Source: Auanema rhodensis
Taxonomy: Eukaryota; Animalia; Nematoda
DNA: 64,000 bases
NCBI GenBank assembly: GCA_964057225.1
Contig: OZ059900.1
Span: forward strand, 13,392,001-13,456,000
Direction of reading: 5' to 3'
Under the pieces are notes generated by a model that was not told the origin of the DNA, did not search any database, and worked only from the letters and a program-made list of their open reading frames with translations. Made by a program: the position numbers and the translations under genes. Positions 11,482 through 26,300 of the stretch are shown here, one piece after another. Position 1 is the stretch's first letter, and every line of letters begins with the position of its first letter.

Positions 11482-14400
11482 ATGACACTATAGATGCCAA
11501 AGCAAAACAATTTTGAATATGAACATGACGCGTCTTTTACATTATAGTTTGACCGGATAAAGCTTTGTATAGCTTTGTATAGCTTTGTACAATGATCACA
11601 TATACGGCGATAGGCTAGAACAGTTCATAAGTTTCCTGAATAGATTTGGTTTAATTACCCAAGTTAGAGGTAGTATCTCAATCTAACCAGAGAACTTCTG
11701 AGTTGGAAATACATTTTGGAAAGCACACCATGAGTGTGCAATATTGAAAACTGTCTGTCTTAGTATGATTATATGACACTATAGATGCCAAAGCAAAACA
11801 ATTTTGAATATGAACATGACGCGTCTTTTACATTATAGTTTGACCGGATAAAGCTTTGTATAGCTTTGTACACTGATCACATATACGGCGATAGGCTAGA
11901 ACAGTTCATAAGTTTCCTGGATAGATTTGGTTTAATTACCCAAGTTAGAGGTAGTATCTCAATCTAACCAGAGAACTTCTGAGTTGGAAATACATTTTGG
12001 AAAGCACACCATGAGTGTGCAATATTGAAAACTGTCTGTCTTAGTATGATTATATGACACTATAGATGCCAAAGCAAAACAATTTTGAATATGAACATGA
12101 CGCGTCTTTTACATTATAGTTTGACCGGATAAAGCTTTGTATAGCTTTGTATAGCTTTGTACACTGATCACATATACGGCGATAGGCTAGAACAGTTCAT
12201 AAGTTTCCTGGATAGATTTGGTTTAATTACCCAAGTTAGAGGTAGTATCTCAATCTAACCAGAGAACTTCTGAGTTGGAAATACATTTTGGAAAGCACAC
12301 CATGAGTGTGCAATATTGAAAACTGTCTGTCTTAGTATGATTATATGACACTATAGATGCCAAAGCAAAACAAATTTGAATATGAACATGACGCGTCTTT
12401 TACATTATAGTTTGACCGGATAAAGCTTTGTATAGCTTTGTACACTGATCACATATACGGCGATAGGCTAGAACAGTTCATAAGTTTCCTGGATAGATTT
12501 GGTTTAATTACCCAAGTTAGAGGTAGTATCTCAATCTAACCAGAGAACTTCTGAGTTGGAAATACATTTTGGAAAGCACACCATGAGTGTGCAATATTGA
12601 AAACTGTCTGTCTTAGTATGATTATATGACACTATAGATGCCAAAGCAAAACAATTTTGAATATGAACATGACGCGTCTTTTACATTATAGTTTGACCGG
12701 ATAAAGCTTTGTATAGCTTTGTATAGCTTTGTACAATGATCACATATACGGCGATAGGCTAGAACAGTTCATAAGTTTCCTGAATAGATTTGGTTTAATT
12801 ACCCAAGTTAGAGGTAGTATCTCAATCTAACCAGAGAACTTCTGAGTTGGAAATACATTTTGGAAAGCACACCACGAGTGTGCAATATTGAAAACTGTCT
12901 GTCTTAGTATGATTATATAACACTATAGATGCCAAAGCAAAATGAATTTTAATATGAACATGACGCGTCTTTTACATTATAGTTTGACCGGATAAAGCTT
13001 TGTATAGCTTTGTATAGCTTTGTACACTGATCACATATACGGCGATAGGCTAGAACAGTTCATAAGTTTCCTGAATAGATTTGGTTTAATTACCCAAGTT
13101 AGAGGTAGTATCTCAATCTAACCAGAGAACTTCTGAGTTGGAAATACATTTTGGAAAGCACACCATGAGTGTGCAATATTGAAAACTGTCTGTCTTAGTA
13201 TGATTATATGACACTATAGATGCCAAAGCAAAACAATTTTGAATATGAACATGACGCGTCTTTTACATTATAGTTTGACCGGATAAAGCTTTGTATAGCT
13301 TTGTACACTGATCACATATACGGCGATAGGCTAGAACAGTTCATAAGTTTCCTGGATAGATTTGGTTTAATTACCCAAGTTAGAGGTAGTATCTCAATCT
13401 AACCAGAGAACTTCTGAGTTGGAAATACATTTTGGAAAGCACACCATGAGTGTGCAATATTGAAAACTGTCTGTCTTAGTATGATTATATGACACTATAG
13501 ATGCCAAAGCAAAACAATTTTGAATATGAACATGACGCGTCTTTTACATTATAGTTTGACCGGATAAAGCTTTGTATAGCTTTGTATAGCTTTGTACACT
13601 GATCACATATACGGCGATAGGCTAGAACAGTTCATAAGTTTCCTGGATAGATTTGGTTTAATTACCCAAGTTAGAGGTAGTATCTCAATCTAACCAGAGA
13701 ACTTCTGAGTTGGAAATACATTTTGGAAAGCACACCATGAGTGTGCAATATTGAAAACTGTCTGTCTTAGTATGATTATATGACACTATAGATGCCAAAG
13801 CAAAACAAATTTGAATATGAACATGACGCGTCTTTTACATTATAGTTTGACCGGATAAAGCTTTGTATAGCTTTGTACACTGATCACATATACGGCGATA
13901 GGCTAGAACACTTCATAAGTTTCCTGGATAGATTTGGTTTAATTACCCAAGTTAGAGGTAGTATCTCAATCTAACCAGAGAACTTCTGAGTTGGAAATAC
14001 ATTTTGGAAAGCACACCATGAGTGTGCAATATTGAAAACTGTCTGTCTTAGTATGATTATATGACACTATAGATGCCAAAGCAAAACAATTTTGAATATG
14101 AACATGACGCGTCTTTTACATTATAGTTTGACCGGATAAAGCTTTGTATAGCTTTGTATAGCTTTGTACAATGATCACATATACGGCGATAGGCTAGAAC
14201 AGTTCATAAGTTTCCTGAATAGATTTGGTTTAATTACCCAAGTTAGAGGTAGTATCTCAATCTAACCAGAGAACTTCTGAGTTGGAAATACATTTTGGAA
14301 AGCACACCATGAGTGTGCAATATTGAAAACTGTCTGTCTTAGTATGATTATATGACACTATAGATGCCAAAGCAAAACAATTTTGAATATGAACATGACG

Positions 14401-17400
14401 CGTCTTTTACATTATAGTTTGACCGGATAAAGCTTTGTATAGCTTTGTATAGCTTTGTACAATGATCACATATACGGCGATAGGCTAGAACAGTTCATAA
14501 GTTTCCTGAATAGATTTGGTTTAATTACCCAAGTTAGAGGTAGTATCTCAATCTAACCAGAGAACTTCTGAGTTGGAAATACATTTTGGAAAGCACACCA
14601 TGAGTGTGCAATATTGAAAACTGTCTGTCTTAGTATGATTATATGACACTATAGATGCCAAAGCAAAACAATTTTGAATATGAACATGACGCGTCTTTTA
14701 CATTATAGTTTGACCGGATAAAGCTTTGTATAGCTTTGTACACTGATCACATATACGGCGATAGGCTAGAACAGTTCATAAGTTTCCTGAATAGATTTGG
14801 TTTAATTACCCAAGTTAGAGGTAGTATCTCAATCTAACCAGAGAACTTCTGAGTTGGAAATACATTTTGGAAAGCACACCATGAGTGTGCAATATTGAAA
14901 ACTGTCTGTCTTAGTATGATTATATGACACTATAGATGCCAAAGCAAAACAATTTTGAATATGAACATGACGCGTCTTTTACATTATAGTTTGACCGGAT
15001 AAAGCTTTGTATAGCTTTGTATAGCTTTGTACAATGATCACATATACGGCGATAGGCTAGAACAGTTCATAAGTTTCCTGAATAGATTTGGTTTAATTAC
15101 CCAAGTTAGAGGTAGTATCTCAATCTAACCAGAGAACTTCTGAGTTGGAAATACATTTTGGAAAGCACACCATGAGTGTGCAATATTGAAAACTGTCTGT
15201 CTTAGTATGATTATATGACACTATAGATGCCAAAGCAAAACAATTTTGAATATGAACATGACGCGTCTTTTACATTATAGTTTGACCGGATAAAGCTTTG
15301 TATAGCTTTGTACACTGATCACATATACGGCGATAGGCTAGAACAGTTCATAAGTTTCCTGAATAGATTTGGTTTAATTACCCAAGTTAGAGGTAGTATC
15401 TCAATCTAACCAGAGAACTTCTGAGTTGGAAATACATTTTGGAAAGCACACCATGAGTGTGCAATATTGAAAACTGTCTGTCTTAGTATGATTATATGAC
15501 ACTATAGATGCCAAAGCAAAACAATTTTGAATATGAACATGACGCGTCTTTTACATTATAGTTTGACCGGATAAAGCTTTGTATAGCTTTGTATAGCTTT
15601 GTACAATGATCACATATACGGCGATAGGCTAGAACAGTTCATAAGTTTCCTGAATAGATTTGGTTTAATTACCCAAGTTAGAGGTAGTATCTCAATCTAA
15701 CCAGAGAACTTCTGAGTTGGAAATACATTTTGGAAAGCACACCATGAGTGTGCAATATTGAAAACTGTCTGTCTTAGTATGATTATATGACACTATAGAT
15801 GCCAAAGCAAAACAATTTTGAATATGAACATGACGCGTCTTTTACATTATAGTTTGACCGGATAAAGCTTTGTATAGCTTTGTACACTGATCACATATAC
15901 GGCGATAGGCTAGAACAGTTCATAAGTTTCCTGGATAGATTTGGTTTAATTACCCAAGTTAGAGGTAGTATCTCAATCTAACCAGAGAACTTCTGAGTTG
16001 GAAATACATTTTGGAAAGCACACCATGAGTGTGCAATATTGAAAACTGTCTGTCTTAGTATGATTATATGACACTATAGATGCCAAAGCAAAACAATTTT
16101 GAATATGAACATGACGCGTCTTTTACATTATAGTTTGACCGGATAAAGCTTTGTATAGCTTTGTATAGCTTTGTACACTGATCACATATACGGCGATAGG
16201 CTAGAACAGTTCATAAGTTTCCTGGATAGATTTGGTTTAATTACCCAAGTTAGAGGTAGTATCTCAATCTAACCAGAGAACTTCTGAGTTGGAAATACAT
16301 TTTGGAAAGCACACCATGAGTGTGCAATATTGAAAACTGTCTGTCTTAGTATGATTATATGACACTATAGATGCCAAATCAAAACAAATTTGAATATGAA
16401 CATGACGCGTCTTTTACATTATAGTTTGACCGGATAAAGCTTTGTATAGCTTTGTATAGCTTTGTACACTGATCACATATACGGCGATAGGCTAGAACAG
16501 TTCATAAGTTTCCTGGATAGATTTGGTTTAATTACCCAAGTTAGAGGTAGTATCTCAATCTAACCAGAGAACTTCTGAGTTGGAAATACATTTTGGAAAG
16601 CACACCATGAGTGTGCAATATTGAAAACTGTCTGTCTTAGTATGATTATATGACACTATAGATGCCAAAGCAAAACAAATTTGAATATGAACATGACGCG
16701 TCTTTTACATTATAGTTTGACCGGATAAAGCTTTGTATAGCTTTGTACACTGATCACATATACGGCGATAGGCTAGAACAGTTCATAAGTTTCCTGGATA
16801 GATTTGGTTTAATTACCCAAGTTAGAGGTAGTATCTCAATCTAACCAGAGAACTTCTGAGTTGGAAATACATTTTGGAAAGCACACCATGAGTGTGCAAT
16901 ATTGAAAACTGTCTGTCTTAGTATGATTATATGACACTATAGATGCCAAAGCAAAACAATTTTGAATATGAACATGACGCGTCTTTTACATTATAGTTTG
17001 ACCGGATAAAGCTTTGTATAGCTTTGTATAGCTTTGTACAATGATCACATATACGGCGATAGGCTAGAACAGTTCATAAGTTTCCTGAATAGATTTGGTT
17101 TAATTACCCAAGTTAGAGGTAGTATCTCAATCTAACCAGAGAACTTCTGAGTTGGAAATACATTTTGGAAAGCACACCATGAGTGTGCAATATTGAAAAC
17201 TGTCTGTCTTAGTATGATTATATGACACTATAGATGCCAAAGCAAAACAATTTTGAATATGAACATGACGCGTCTTTTACATTATAGTTTGACCGGATAA
17301 AGCTTTGTATAGCTTTGTATAGCTTTGTACAATGATCACATATACGGCGATAGGCTAGAACAGTTCATAAGTTTCCTGAATAGATTTGGTTTAATTACCC

Positions 17401-17512
17401 AAGTTAGAGGTAGTATCTCAATCTAACCAGAGAACTTCTGAGTTGGAAATACATTTTGGAAAGCACACCATGAGTGTGCAATATTGAAAACTGTCTGTCT
17501 TAGTATGATTAT

Positions 17513-20362
17513 ATGACACTATAGATGCCAAGGCAAAACAATTTTGAATATGAACATGACGCGTCTTTTACATTATAGTTTGACCGGATAAAGCTTTGTA
17601 TAGCTTTGTACACTGATCACATATACGGCGATAGGCTAGAACAGTTCATAAGTTTCCTGAATAGATTTGGTTCAATTACCCAAGTTAAAGGTAGTATCTC
17701 AATCTAACCAGAGAACTTCTGAGTTGGAAATACATTTTGGAAAGCACACCATGAGTGTGCAATATTGAAAACTGTCTGTCTTAGTATGATTATATGACAC
17801 TATAGATGCCAAAGCAAAACAATTTTGAATATGAACATGACGCGTCTTTTACATTATAGTTTGACCGGATAAAGCTTTGTATAGCTTTGTACACTGATCA
17901 CATATACGGCGATAGGCTAGAACAGTTCATAAGTTTCCTGAATAGATTTGGTTCAATTACCCAAGTTAAAGGTAGTATCTCAATCTAACCAGAGAACTTC
18001 TGAGTTGGAAATACATTTTGGAAAGCACACCATGAGTGTGCAATATTGAAAACTGTCTGTCTTAGTATGATTATATGACACTATAGATGCCAAAGCAAAA
18101 CAATTTTGAATATGAACATGACGCGTCTTTTACATTATAGTTTGACCGGATAAAGCTTTGTATAGCTTTGTACACTGATCACATATACGGCGATAGGCTA
18201 GAACAGTTCATAAGTTTCCTGGATAGATTTGGTTTAATTACCCAAGTTAGAGGTAGTATCTCAATCTAACCAGAGAACTTCTGAGTTGGAAATACATTTT
18301 GGAAAGCACACCATGAGTGTGCAATATTGAAAACTGTCTGTCTTAGTATGATTATATGACACTATAGATGCCAAAGCAAAACAATTTTGAATATGAACAT
18401 GACGCGTCTTTTACATTATAGTTTGACCGGATAAAGCTTTGTATAGCTTTGTATAGCTTTGTACAATGATCACATATACGGCGATAGGCTAGAACAGTTC
18501 ATAAGTTTCCTGAATAGATTTGGTTTAATTACCCAAGTTAGAGGTAGTATCTCAATCTAACCAGAGAACTTCTGAGTTGGAAATACATTTTGGAAAGCAC
18601 ACCATGAGTGTGCAATATTGAAAACTGTCTGTCTTAGTATGATTATATGACACTATAGATGCCAAAGCAAAACAATTTTGAATATGAACATGACGCGTCT
18701 TTTACATTATAGTTTGACCGGATAAAGCTTTGTATAGCTTTGTATAGCTTTGTACAATGATCACATATACGGCGATAGGCTAGAACAGTTCATAAGTTTC
18801 CTGAATAGATTTGGTTTAATTACCCAAGTTAGAGGTAGTATCTCAATCTAACCAGAGAACTTCTGAGTTGGAAATACATTTTGGAAAGCACACCATGAGT
18901 GTGCAATATTGAAAACTGTCTGTCTTAGTATGATTATATGACACTATAGATGCCAAGGCAAAACAATTTTGAATATGAACATGACGCGTCTTTTACATTA
19001 TAGTTTGACCGGATAAAGCTTTGTATAGCTTTGTACACTGATCACATATACGGCGATAGGCTAGAACAGTTCATAAGTTTCCTGAATAGATTTGGTTCAA
19101 TTACCCAAGTTAAAGGTAGTATCTCAATCTAACCAGAGAACTTCTGAGTTGGAAATACATTTTGGAAAGCACACCATGAGTGTGCAATATTGAAAACTGT
19201 CTGTCTTAGTATGATTATATGACACTATAGATGCCAAAGCAAAACAATTTTGAATATGAACATGACGCGTCTTTTACATTATAGTTTGACCGGATAAAGC
19301 TTTGTATAGCTTTGTACACTGATCACATATACGGCGATAGGCTAGAACAGTTCATAAGTTTCCTGAATAGATTTGGTTCAATTACCCAAGTTAAAGGTAG
19401 TATCTCAATCTAACCAGAGAACTTCTGAGTTGGAAATACATTTTGGAAAGCACACCATGAGTGTGCAATATTGAAAACTGTCTGTCTTAGTATGATTATA
19501 TGACACTATAGATGCCAAAGCAAAACAATTTTGAATATGAACATGACGCGTCTTTTACATTATAGTTTGACCGGATAAAGCTTTGTATAGCTTTGTACAC
19601 TGATCACATATACGGCGATAGGCTAGAACAGTTCATAAGTTTCCTGGATAGATTTGGTTTAATTACCCAAGTTAGAGGTAGTATCTCAATCTAACCAGAG
19701 AACTTCTGAGTTGGAAATACATTTTGGAAAGCACACCATGAGTGTGCAATATTGAAAACTGTCTGTCTTAGTATGATTATATGACACTATAGATGCCAAA
19801 GCAAAACAATTTTGAATATGAACATGACGCGTCTTTTACATTATAGTTTGACCGGATAAAGCTTTGTATAGCTTTGTATAGCTTTGTACAATGATCACAT
19901 ATACGGCGATAGGCTAGAACAGTTCATAAGTTTCCTGAATAGATTTGGTTTAATTACCCAAGTTAGAGGTAGTATCTCAATCTAACCAGAGAACTTCTGA
20001 GTTGGAAATACATTTTGGAAAGCACACCATGAGTGTGCAATATTGAAAACTGTCTGTCTTAGTATGATTATATGACACTATAGATGCCAAAGCAAAACAA
20101 TTTTGAATATGAACATGACGCGTCTTTTACATTATAGTTTGACCGGATAAAGCTTTGTATAGCTTTGTATAGCTTTGTACAATGATCACATATACGGCGA
20201 TAGGCTAGAACAGTTCATAAGTTTCCTGAATAGATTTGGTTTAATTACCCAAGTTAGAGGTAGTATCTCAATCTAACCAGAGAACTTCTGAGTTGGAAAT
20301 ACATTTTGGAAAGCACACCATGAGTGTGCAATATTGAAAACTGTCTGTCTTAGTATGATTAT
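17513..20362 (+). repeat. 5-monomer higher-order repeat (1425 bp), two copies
   Basis: Rare GCCAAGGC variant at 17532 and 18957; linked GTTCAATT/GTTAAAGG monomer pairs at 17673/17954 and 19098/19379. 1425 = 3x281 + 2x291. Confidence 0.85.
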
Positions 20363-23300
20363 ATGACACTATAGATGCCAAAGCAAAACAATTTTGAATA
20401 TGAACATGACGCGTCTTTTACATTATAGTTTGACCGGATAAAGCTTTGTATAGCTTTGTACACTGATCACATATACGGCGATAGGCTAGAACAGTTCATA
20501 AGTTTCCTGAATAGATTTGGTTTAATTACCCAAGTTAGAGGTAGTATCTCAATCTAACCAGAGAACTTCTGAGTTGGAAATACATTTTGGAAAGCACACC
20601 ATGAGTGTGCAATATTGAAAACTGTCTGTCTTAGTATGATTATATGACACTATAGATGCCAAAGCAAAACAATTTTGAATATGAACATGACGCGTCTTTT
20701 ACATTATAGTTTGACCGGATAAAGCTTTGTATAGCTTTGTATAGCTTTGTACAATGATCACATATACGGCGATAGGCTAGAACAGTTCATAAGTTTCCTG
20801 AATAGATTTGGTTTAATTACCCAAGTTAGAGGTAGTATCTCAATCTAACCAGAGAACTTCTGAGTTGGAAATACATTTTGGAAAGCACACCATGAGTGTG
20901 CAATATTGAAAACTGTCTGTCTTAGTATGATTATATGACACTATAGATGCCAAGGCAAAACAATTTTGAATATGAACATGACGCGTCTTTTACATTATAG
21001 TTTGACCGGATAAAGCTTTGTATAGCTTTGTACACTGATCACATATACGGCGATAGGCTAGAACAGTTCATAAGTTTCCTGAATAGATTTGGTTCAATTA
21101 CCCAAGTTAAAGGTAGTATCTCAATCTAACCAGAGAACTTCTGAGTTGGAAATACATTTTGGAAAGCACACCATGAGTGTGCAATATTGAAAACTGTCTG
21201 TCTTAGTATGATTATATGACACTATAGATGCCAAAGCAAAACAATTTTGAATATGAACATGACGCGTCTTTTACATTATAGTTTGACCGGATAAAGCTTT
21301 GTATAGCTTTGTACACTGATCACATATACGGCGATAGGCTAGAACAGTTCATAAGTTTCCTGGATAGATTTGGTTTAATTACCCAAGTTAGAGGTAGTAT
21401 CTCAATCTAACCAGAGAACTTCTGAGTTGGAAATACATTTTGGAAAGCACACCATGAGTGTGCAATATTGAAAACTGTCTGTCTTAGTATGATTATATGA
21501 CACTATAGATGCCAAAGCAAAACAATTTTGAATATGAACATGACGCGTCTTTTACATTATAGTTTGACCGGATAAAGCTTTGTATAGCTTTGTACACTGA
21601 TCACATATACGGCGATAGGCTAGAACAGTTCATAAGTTTCCTGGATAGATTTGGTTTAATTACCCAAGTTAGAGGTAGTATCTCAATCTAACCAGAGAAC
21701 TTCTGAGTTGGAAATACATTTTGGAAAGCACACCATGAGTGTGCAATATTGAAAACTGTCTGTCTTAGTATGATTATATGACACTATAGATGCCAAAGCA
21801 AAACAAATTTGAATATGAACATGACGCGTCTTTTACATTATAGTTTGACCGGATAAAGCTTTGTATAGCTTTGTATAGCTTTGTACAATGATCACATATA
21901 CGGCGATAGGCTAGAACAGTTCATAAGTTTCCTGAATAGATTTGGTTTAATTACCCAAGTTAGAGGTAGTATCTCAATCTAACCAGAGAACTTCTGAGTT
22001 GGAAATACATTTTGGAAAGCACACCATGAGTGTGCAATATTGAAAACTGTCTGTCTTAGTATGATTATATGACACTATAGATGCCAAAGCAAAACAATTT
22101 TGAATATGAACATGACGCGTCTTTTACATTATAGTTTGACCGGATAAAGCTTTGTATAGCTTTGTACACTGATCACATATACGGCGATAGGCTAGAACAG
22201 TTCATAAGTTTCCTGGATAGATTTGGTTTAATTACCCAAGTTAGAGGTAGTATCTCAATCTAACCAGAGAACTTCTGAGTTGGAAATACATTTTGGAAAG
22301 CACACCATGAGTGTGCAATATTGAAAACTGTCTGTCTTAGTATGATTATATGACACTATAGATGCCAAAGCAAAACAAATTTGAATATGAACATGACGCG
22401 TCTTTTACATTATAGTTTGACCGGATAAAGCTTTGTATAGCTTTGTATAGCTTTGTACACTGATCACATATACGGCGATAGGCTAGAACAGTTCATAAGT
22501 TTCCTGGATAGATTTGGTTTAATTACCCAAGTTAGAGGTAGTATCTCAATCTAACCAGAGAACTTCTGAGTTGGAAATACATTTTGGAAAGCACACCATG
22601 AGTGTGCAATATTGAAAACTGTCTGTCTTAGTATGATTATATGACACTATAGATGCCAAAGCAAAACAAATTTGAATATGAACATGACGCGTCTTTTACA
22701 TTATAGTTTGACCGGATAAAGCTTTGTATAGCTTTGTACACTGATCACATATACGGCGATAGGCTAGAACAGTTCATAAGTTTCCTGGATAGATTTGGTT
22801 TAATTACCCAAGTTAGAGGTAGTATCTCAATCTAACCAGAGAACTTCTGAGTTGGAAATACATTTTGGAAAGCACACCATGAGTGTGCAATATTGAAAAC
22901 TGTCTGTCTTAGTATGATTATATGACACTATAGATGCCAAAGCAAAACAAATTTGAATATGAACATGACGCGTCTTTTACATTATAGTTTGACCGGATAA
23001 AGCTTTGTATAGCTTTGTATAGCTTTGTACACTGATCACATATACGGCGAGAGGCTAGAACAGTTTATAAGTTTCCTGAATAGATTTGGTTTAATTACCC
23101 AAGTTAGAGGTAGTATCTCAATCTAACCAGAGAACTTCTGAGTTGGAAATACATTTTGGAAAGCACACCATAAGTGTGCAATATTAAAAACTGTCTGTCT
23201 TAGTATGATTATATGACACTATAGATGCCAAAGCAAAACAAATTTGAATATGAACATGACGCGTCTTTTACATTATAGTTTGACCGGATAAAGCTTTGTA

Positions 23301-26300
23301 TAGCTTTGTATAGCTTTGTACACTGATCACATATACGGCGAGAGGCTAGAACAGTTTATAAGTTTCCTGAATAGATTTGGTTTAATTACCCAAGTTAGAG
23401 GTAGTATCTCAATCTAACCAGAGAACTTCTGAGTTGGAAATACATTTTGGAAAGCACACCATGAGTGTGCAATATTAAAAACTGTCTGTCTTAGTATGAT
23501 TATATGACACTATAGATGCCAAAGCAAAACAAATTTGAATATGAACATGACGCGTCTTTTACATTATAGTTTGACCGGATAAAGCTTTGTATAGCTTTGT
23601 ATAGCTTTGTACACTGATCACATATACGGCGAGAGGCTAGAACAGTTTATAAGTTTCCTGAATAGATTTGGTTTAATTACCCAAGTTAGAGGTAGTATCT
23701 CAATCTAACCAGAGAACTTCTGAGTTGGAAATACATTTTGGAAAGCACACCATGAGTGTGCAATATTAAAAACTGTCTGTCTTAGTATGATTATATGACA
23801 CTATAGATGCCAAAGCAAAACAAATTTGAATATGAACATGACGCGTCTTTTACATTATAGTTTGACCGGATAAAGCTTTGTATAGCTTTGTATAGCTTTG
23901 TACACTGATCACATATACGGCGATAGGCTAGAACAGTTCATAAGTTTCCTGAATAGATTTGGTTCAATTACCCAAGTTAAAGGTAGTATCTCAATCTAAC
24001 CAGAGAACTTCTGAGTTGGAAATACATTTTGGAAAGCACACCATGAGTGTGCAATATTGAAAACTGTCTGTCTTAGTATGATTATATGACACTATAGATG
24101 CCAAAGCAAAACAATTTTGAATATGAACATGACGCGTCTTTTACATTATAGTTTGACCGGATAAAGCTTTGTATAGCTTTGTACACTGATCACATATACG
24201 GCGATAGGCTAGAACAGTTCATAAGTTTCCTGGATAGATTTGGTTTAATTACCCAAGTTAGAGGTAGTATCTCAATCTAACCAGAGAACTTCTGAGTTGG
24301 AAATACATTTTGGAAAGCACACCATGAGTGTGCAATATTGAAAACTGTCTGTCTTAGTATGATTATATGACACTATAGATGCCAAAGCAAAACAATTTTG
24401 AATATGAACATGACGCGTCTTTTACATTATAGTTTGACCGGATAAAGCTTTGTATAGCTTTGTACACTGATCACATATACGGCGATAGGCTAGAACAGTT
24501 CATAAGTTTCCTGGATAGATTTGGTTTAATTACCCAAGTTAGAGGTAGTATCTCAATCTAACCAGAGAACTTCTGAGTTGGAAATACATTTTGGAAAGCA
24601 CACCATGAGTGTGCAATATTGAAAACTGTCTGTCTTAGTATGATTATATGACACTATAGATGCCAAAGCAAAACAAATTTGAATATGAACATGACGCGTC
24701 TTTTACATTATAGTTTGACCGGATAAAGCTTTGTATAGCTTTGTATAGCTTTGTACAATGATCACATATACGGCGATAGGCTAGAACAGTTCATAAGTTT
24801 CCTGAATAGATTTGGTTTAATTACCCAAGTTAGAGGTAGTATCTCAATCTAACCAGAGAACTTCTGAGTTGGAAATACATTTTGGAAAGCACACCATGAG
24901 TGTGCAATATTGAAAACTGTCTGTCTTAGTATGATTATATGACACTATAGATGCCAAAGCAAAACAAATTTGAATATGAACATGACGCGTCTTTTACATT
25001 ATAGTTTGACCGGATAAAGCTTTGTATAGCTTTGTATAGCTTTGTACACTGATCACATATACGGCGATAGGCTAGAACAGTTCATAAGTTTCCTGGATAG
25101 ATTTGGTTTAATTACCCAAGTTAGAGGTAGTATCTCAATCTAACCAGAGAACTTCTGAGTTGGAAATACATTTTGGAAAGCACACCATGAGTGTGCAATA
25201 TTGAAAACTGTCTGTCTTAGTATGATTATATGACACTATAGATGCCAAAGCAAAACAAATTTGAATATGAACATGACGCGTCTTTTACATTATAGTTTGA
25301 CCGGATAAAGCTTTGTATAGCTTTGTACACTGATCACATATACGGCGATAGGCTAGAACAGTTCATAAGTTTCCTGGATAGATTTGGTTTAATTACCCAA
25401 GTTAGAGGTAGTATCTCAATCTAACCAGAGAACTTCTGAGTTGGAAATACATTTTGGAAAGCACACCATGAGTGTGCAATATTGAAAACTGTCTGTCTTA
25501 GTATGATTATATGACACTATAGATGCCAAAGCAAAACAAATTTGAATATGAACATGACGCGTCTTTTACATTATAGTTTGACCGGATAAAGCTTTGTATA
25601 GCTTTGTATAGCTTTGTACACTGATCACATATACGGCGAGAGGCTAGAACAGTTTATAAGTTTCCTGAATAGATTTGGTTTAATTACCCAAGTTAGAGGT
25701 AGTATCTCAATCTAACCAGAGAACTTCTGAGTTGGAAATACATTTTGGAAAGCACACCATAAGTGTGCAATATTAAAAACTGTCTGTCTTAGTATGATTA
25801 TATGACACTATAGATGCCAAAGCAAAACAAATTTGAATATGAACATGACGCGTCTTTTACATTATAGTTTGACCGGATAAAGCTTTGTATAGCTTTGTAT
25901 AGCTTTGTACACTGATCACATATACGGCGAGAGGCTAGAACAGTTTATAAGTTTCCTGAATAGATTTGGTTTAATTACCCAAGTTAGAGGTAGTATCTCA
26001 ATCTAACCAGAGAACTTCTGAGTTGGAAATACATTTTGGAAAGCACACCATGAGTGTGCAATATTAAAAACTGTCTGTCTTAGTATGATTATATGACACT
26101 ATAGATGCCAAAGCAAAACAAATTTGAATATGAACATGACGCGTCTTTTACATTATAGTTTGACCGGATAAAGCTTTGTATAGCTTTGTATAGCTTTGTA
26201 CACTGATCACATATACGGCGATAGGCTAGAACAGTTCATAAGTTTCCTGGATAGATTTGGTTTAATTACCCAAGTTAGAGGTAGTATCTCAATCTAACCA

